DNA of 64,000 nucleotides from positions 26,081-90,080 of the forward strand of contig JAGWLG010000011.1 of assembly GCA_028864975.1 (NCBI GenBank). The letters are read 5' to 3'. The position numbers were made by a program, and so were the translations under genes. Shown here piece by piece: positions 63,821-64,000 of the stretch; position 1 is the first letter of the stretch, and each line of letters begins with the position of its first letter. The notes beneath the pieces are model-generated. The model did no database searches. It was not told where the DNA came from and saw only the letters and a program-made list of their open reading frames with translations. The DNA comes from Thermoplasmata archaeon (GTDB lineage Archaea; Thermoplasmatota; Thermoplasmata; Lutacidiplasmatales; UBA184).

Positions 63821-64000
63821 ATGGGCATGCGCCTCGCCCATGCCGTCCGCCAATCAGACTCGTGGCCGGTCGTCGCGATGCTATCGCTCCTCCTGCTCCT
63901 GCCCTTTCCGACCGGCCTCGCTGGCCACGCCACTGGGCCCCACGTCGCCCCTCCCCGCGGGGGGGAGGTCTTCGCCGCGGCCCGCGACGCGCGTCCCTCC
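63821..64000 (+). CDS. Partial secreted protein (5' end, runs off the window)
   Basis: MGMRLAHAVRQSDSWPVVAMLSLLLLLPFPTGLAGHA has signal-peptide character like the other surface proteins; frame open to the window end. Confidence 0.6.
   Translation, partial: MGMRLAHAVRQSDSWPVVAMLSLLLLLPFPTGLAGHATGPHVAPPRGGEVFAAARDARPS

Noticed and set aside
25992-64000. Integrated element starting at tRNA-Pro
   Set aside because: No integrase or transposase, and no duplicated tRNA 3' end (att site) in the window. Housekeeping genes (por, rnhA) are interspersed.
1-64000. Many long antisense or alternate-frame ORFs (e.g. 85..1470, 5787..8246, 11908..13839, 42124..44109, 51163..55083)
   Set aside because: They are Arg/Pro/Gly-rich shadow ORFs expected at high GC and overlap well-supported genes on another frame or strand.
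1-64000. CRISPR array, rRNA, IS elements
   Set aside because: No regularly spaced direct repeats, rRNA-like sequence, terminal inverted repeats or transposase motifs were seen.

Overview
High-GC archaeal genomic segment, most plausibly from a Thermoplasmata-like lineage. This is inferred from archaeal-type MAT, Cdc6/Orc1, Nre, MtaB, a nuclease-less Hef, a DUF835-like domain and many leaderless-looking genes. The left half (1-26 kb) is mostly housekeeping: P-type ATPase, Hef helicase, serS, aldehyde dehydrogenase, a YVTN surface protein, mfnA, cdc6, mat, mtaB, Lrp, nre and tRNA-Pro(CGG). The right half is more accessory. It holds an aadK-like gene; an operator-preceded operon of mfnB, a TusA-like gene, a DHDPS-family aldolase and a RibA-like gene with altered active site; Hsp20; a four-subunit 2-oxoacid:ferredoxin oxidoreductase whose beta subunit has a Cys4 tail; vapBC; a bacterial-type RecQ with two HRDC domains; an AbiE-like gene pair; two giant beta-propeller surface proteins; two STAND-type ATPase-TPR regulators (one with a DUF835-like domain inserted in the NTPase, one with an N-terminal wHTH); and four paralogous small secreted proteins, three of which share a conserved predicted mature N-terminus (A|DV[IV]LxY...[ST]PFxFxNxxN). 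The best candidates for undescribed systems are these paralogs, as putative subunits of a donor-strand-type extracellular filament (TasA/archaeal bundling pilus-like), and the mfnB-tusA-aldolase-ribA-like operon, as an unknown cofactor or furan pathway. No CRISPR array, rRNA, integrase or transposase was seen. All family assignments come from motif recognition by eye; no database search was run.
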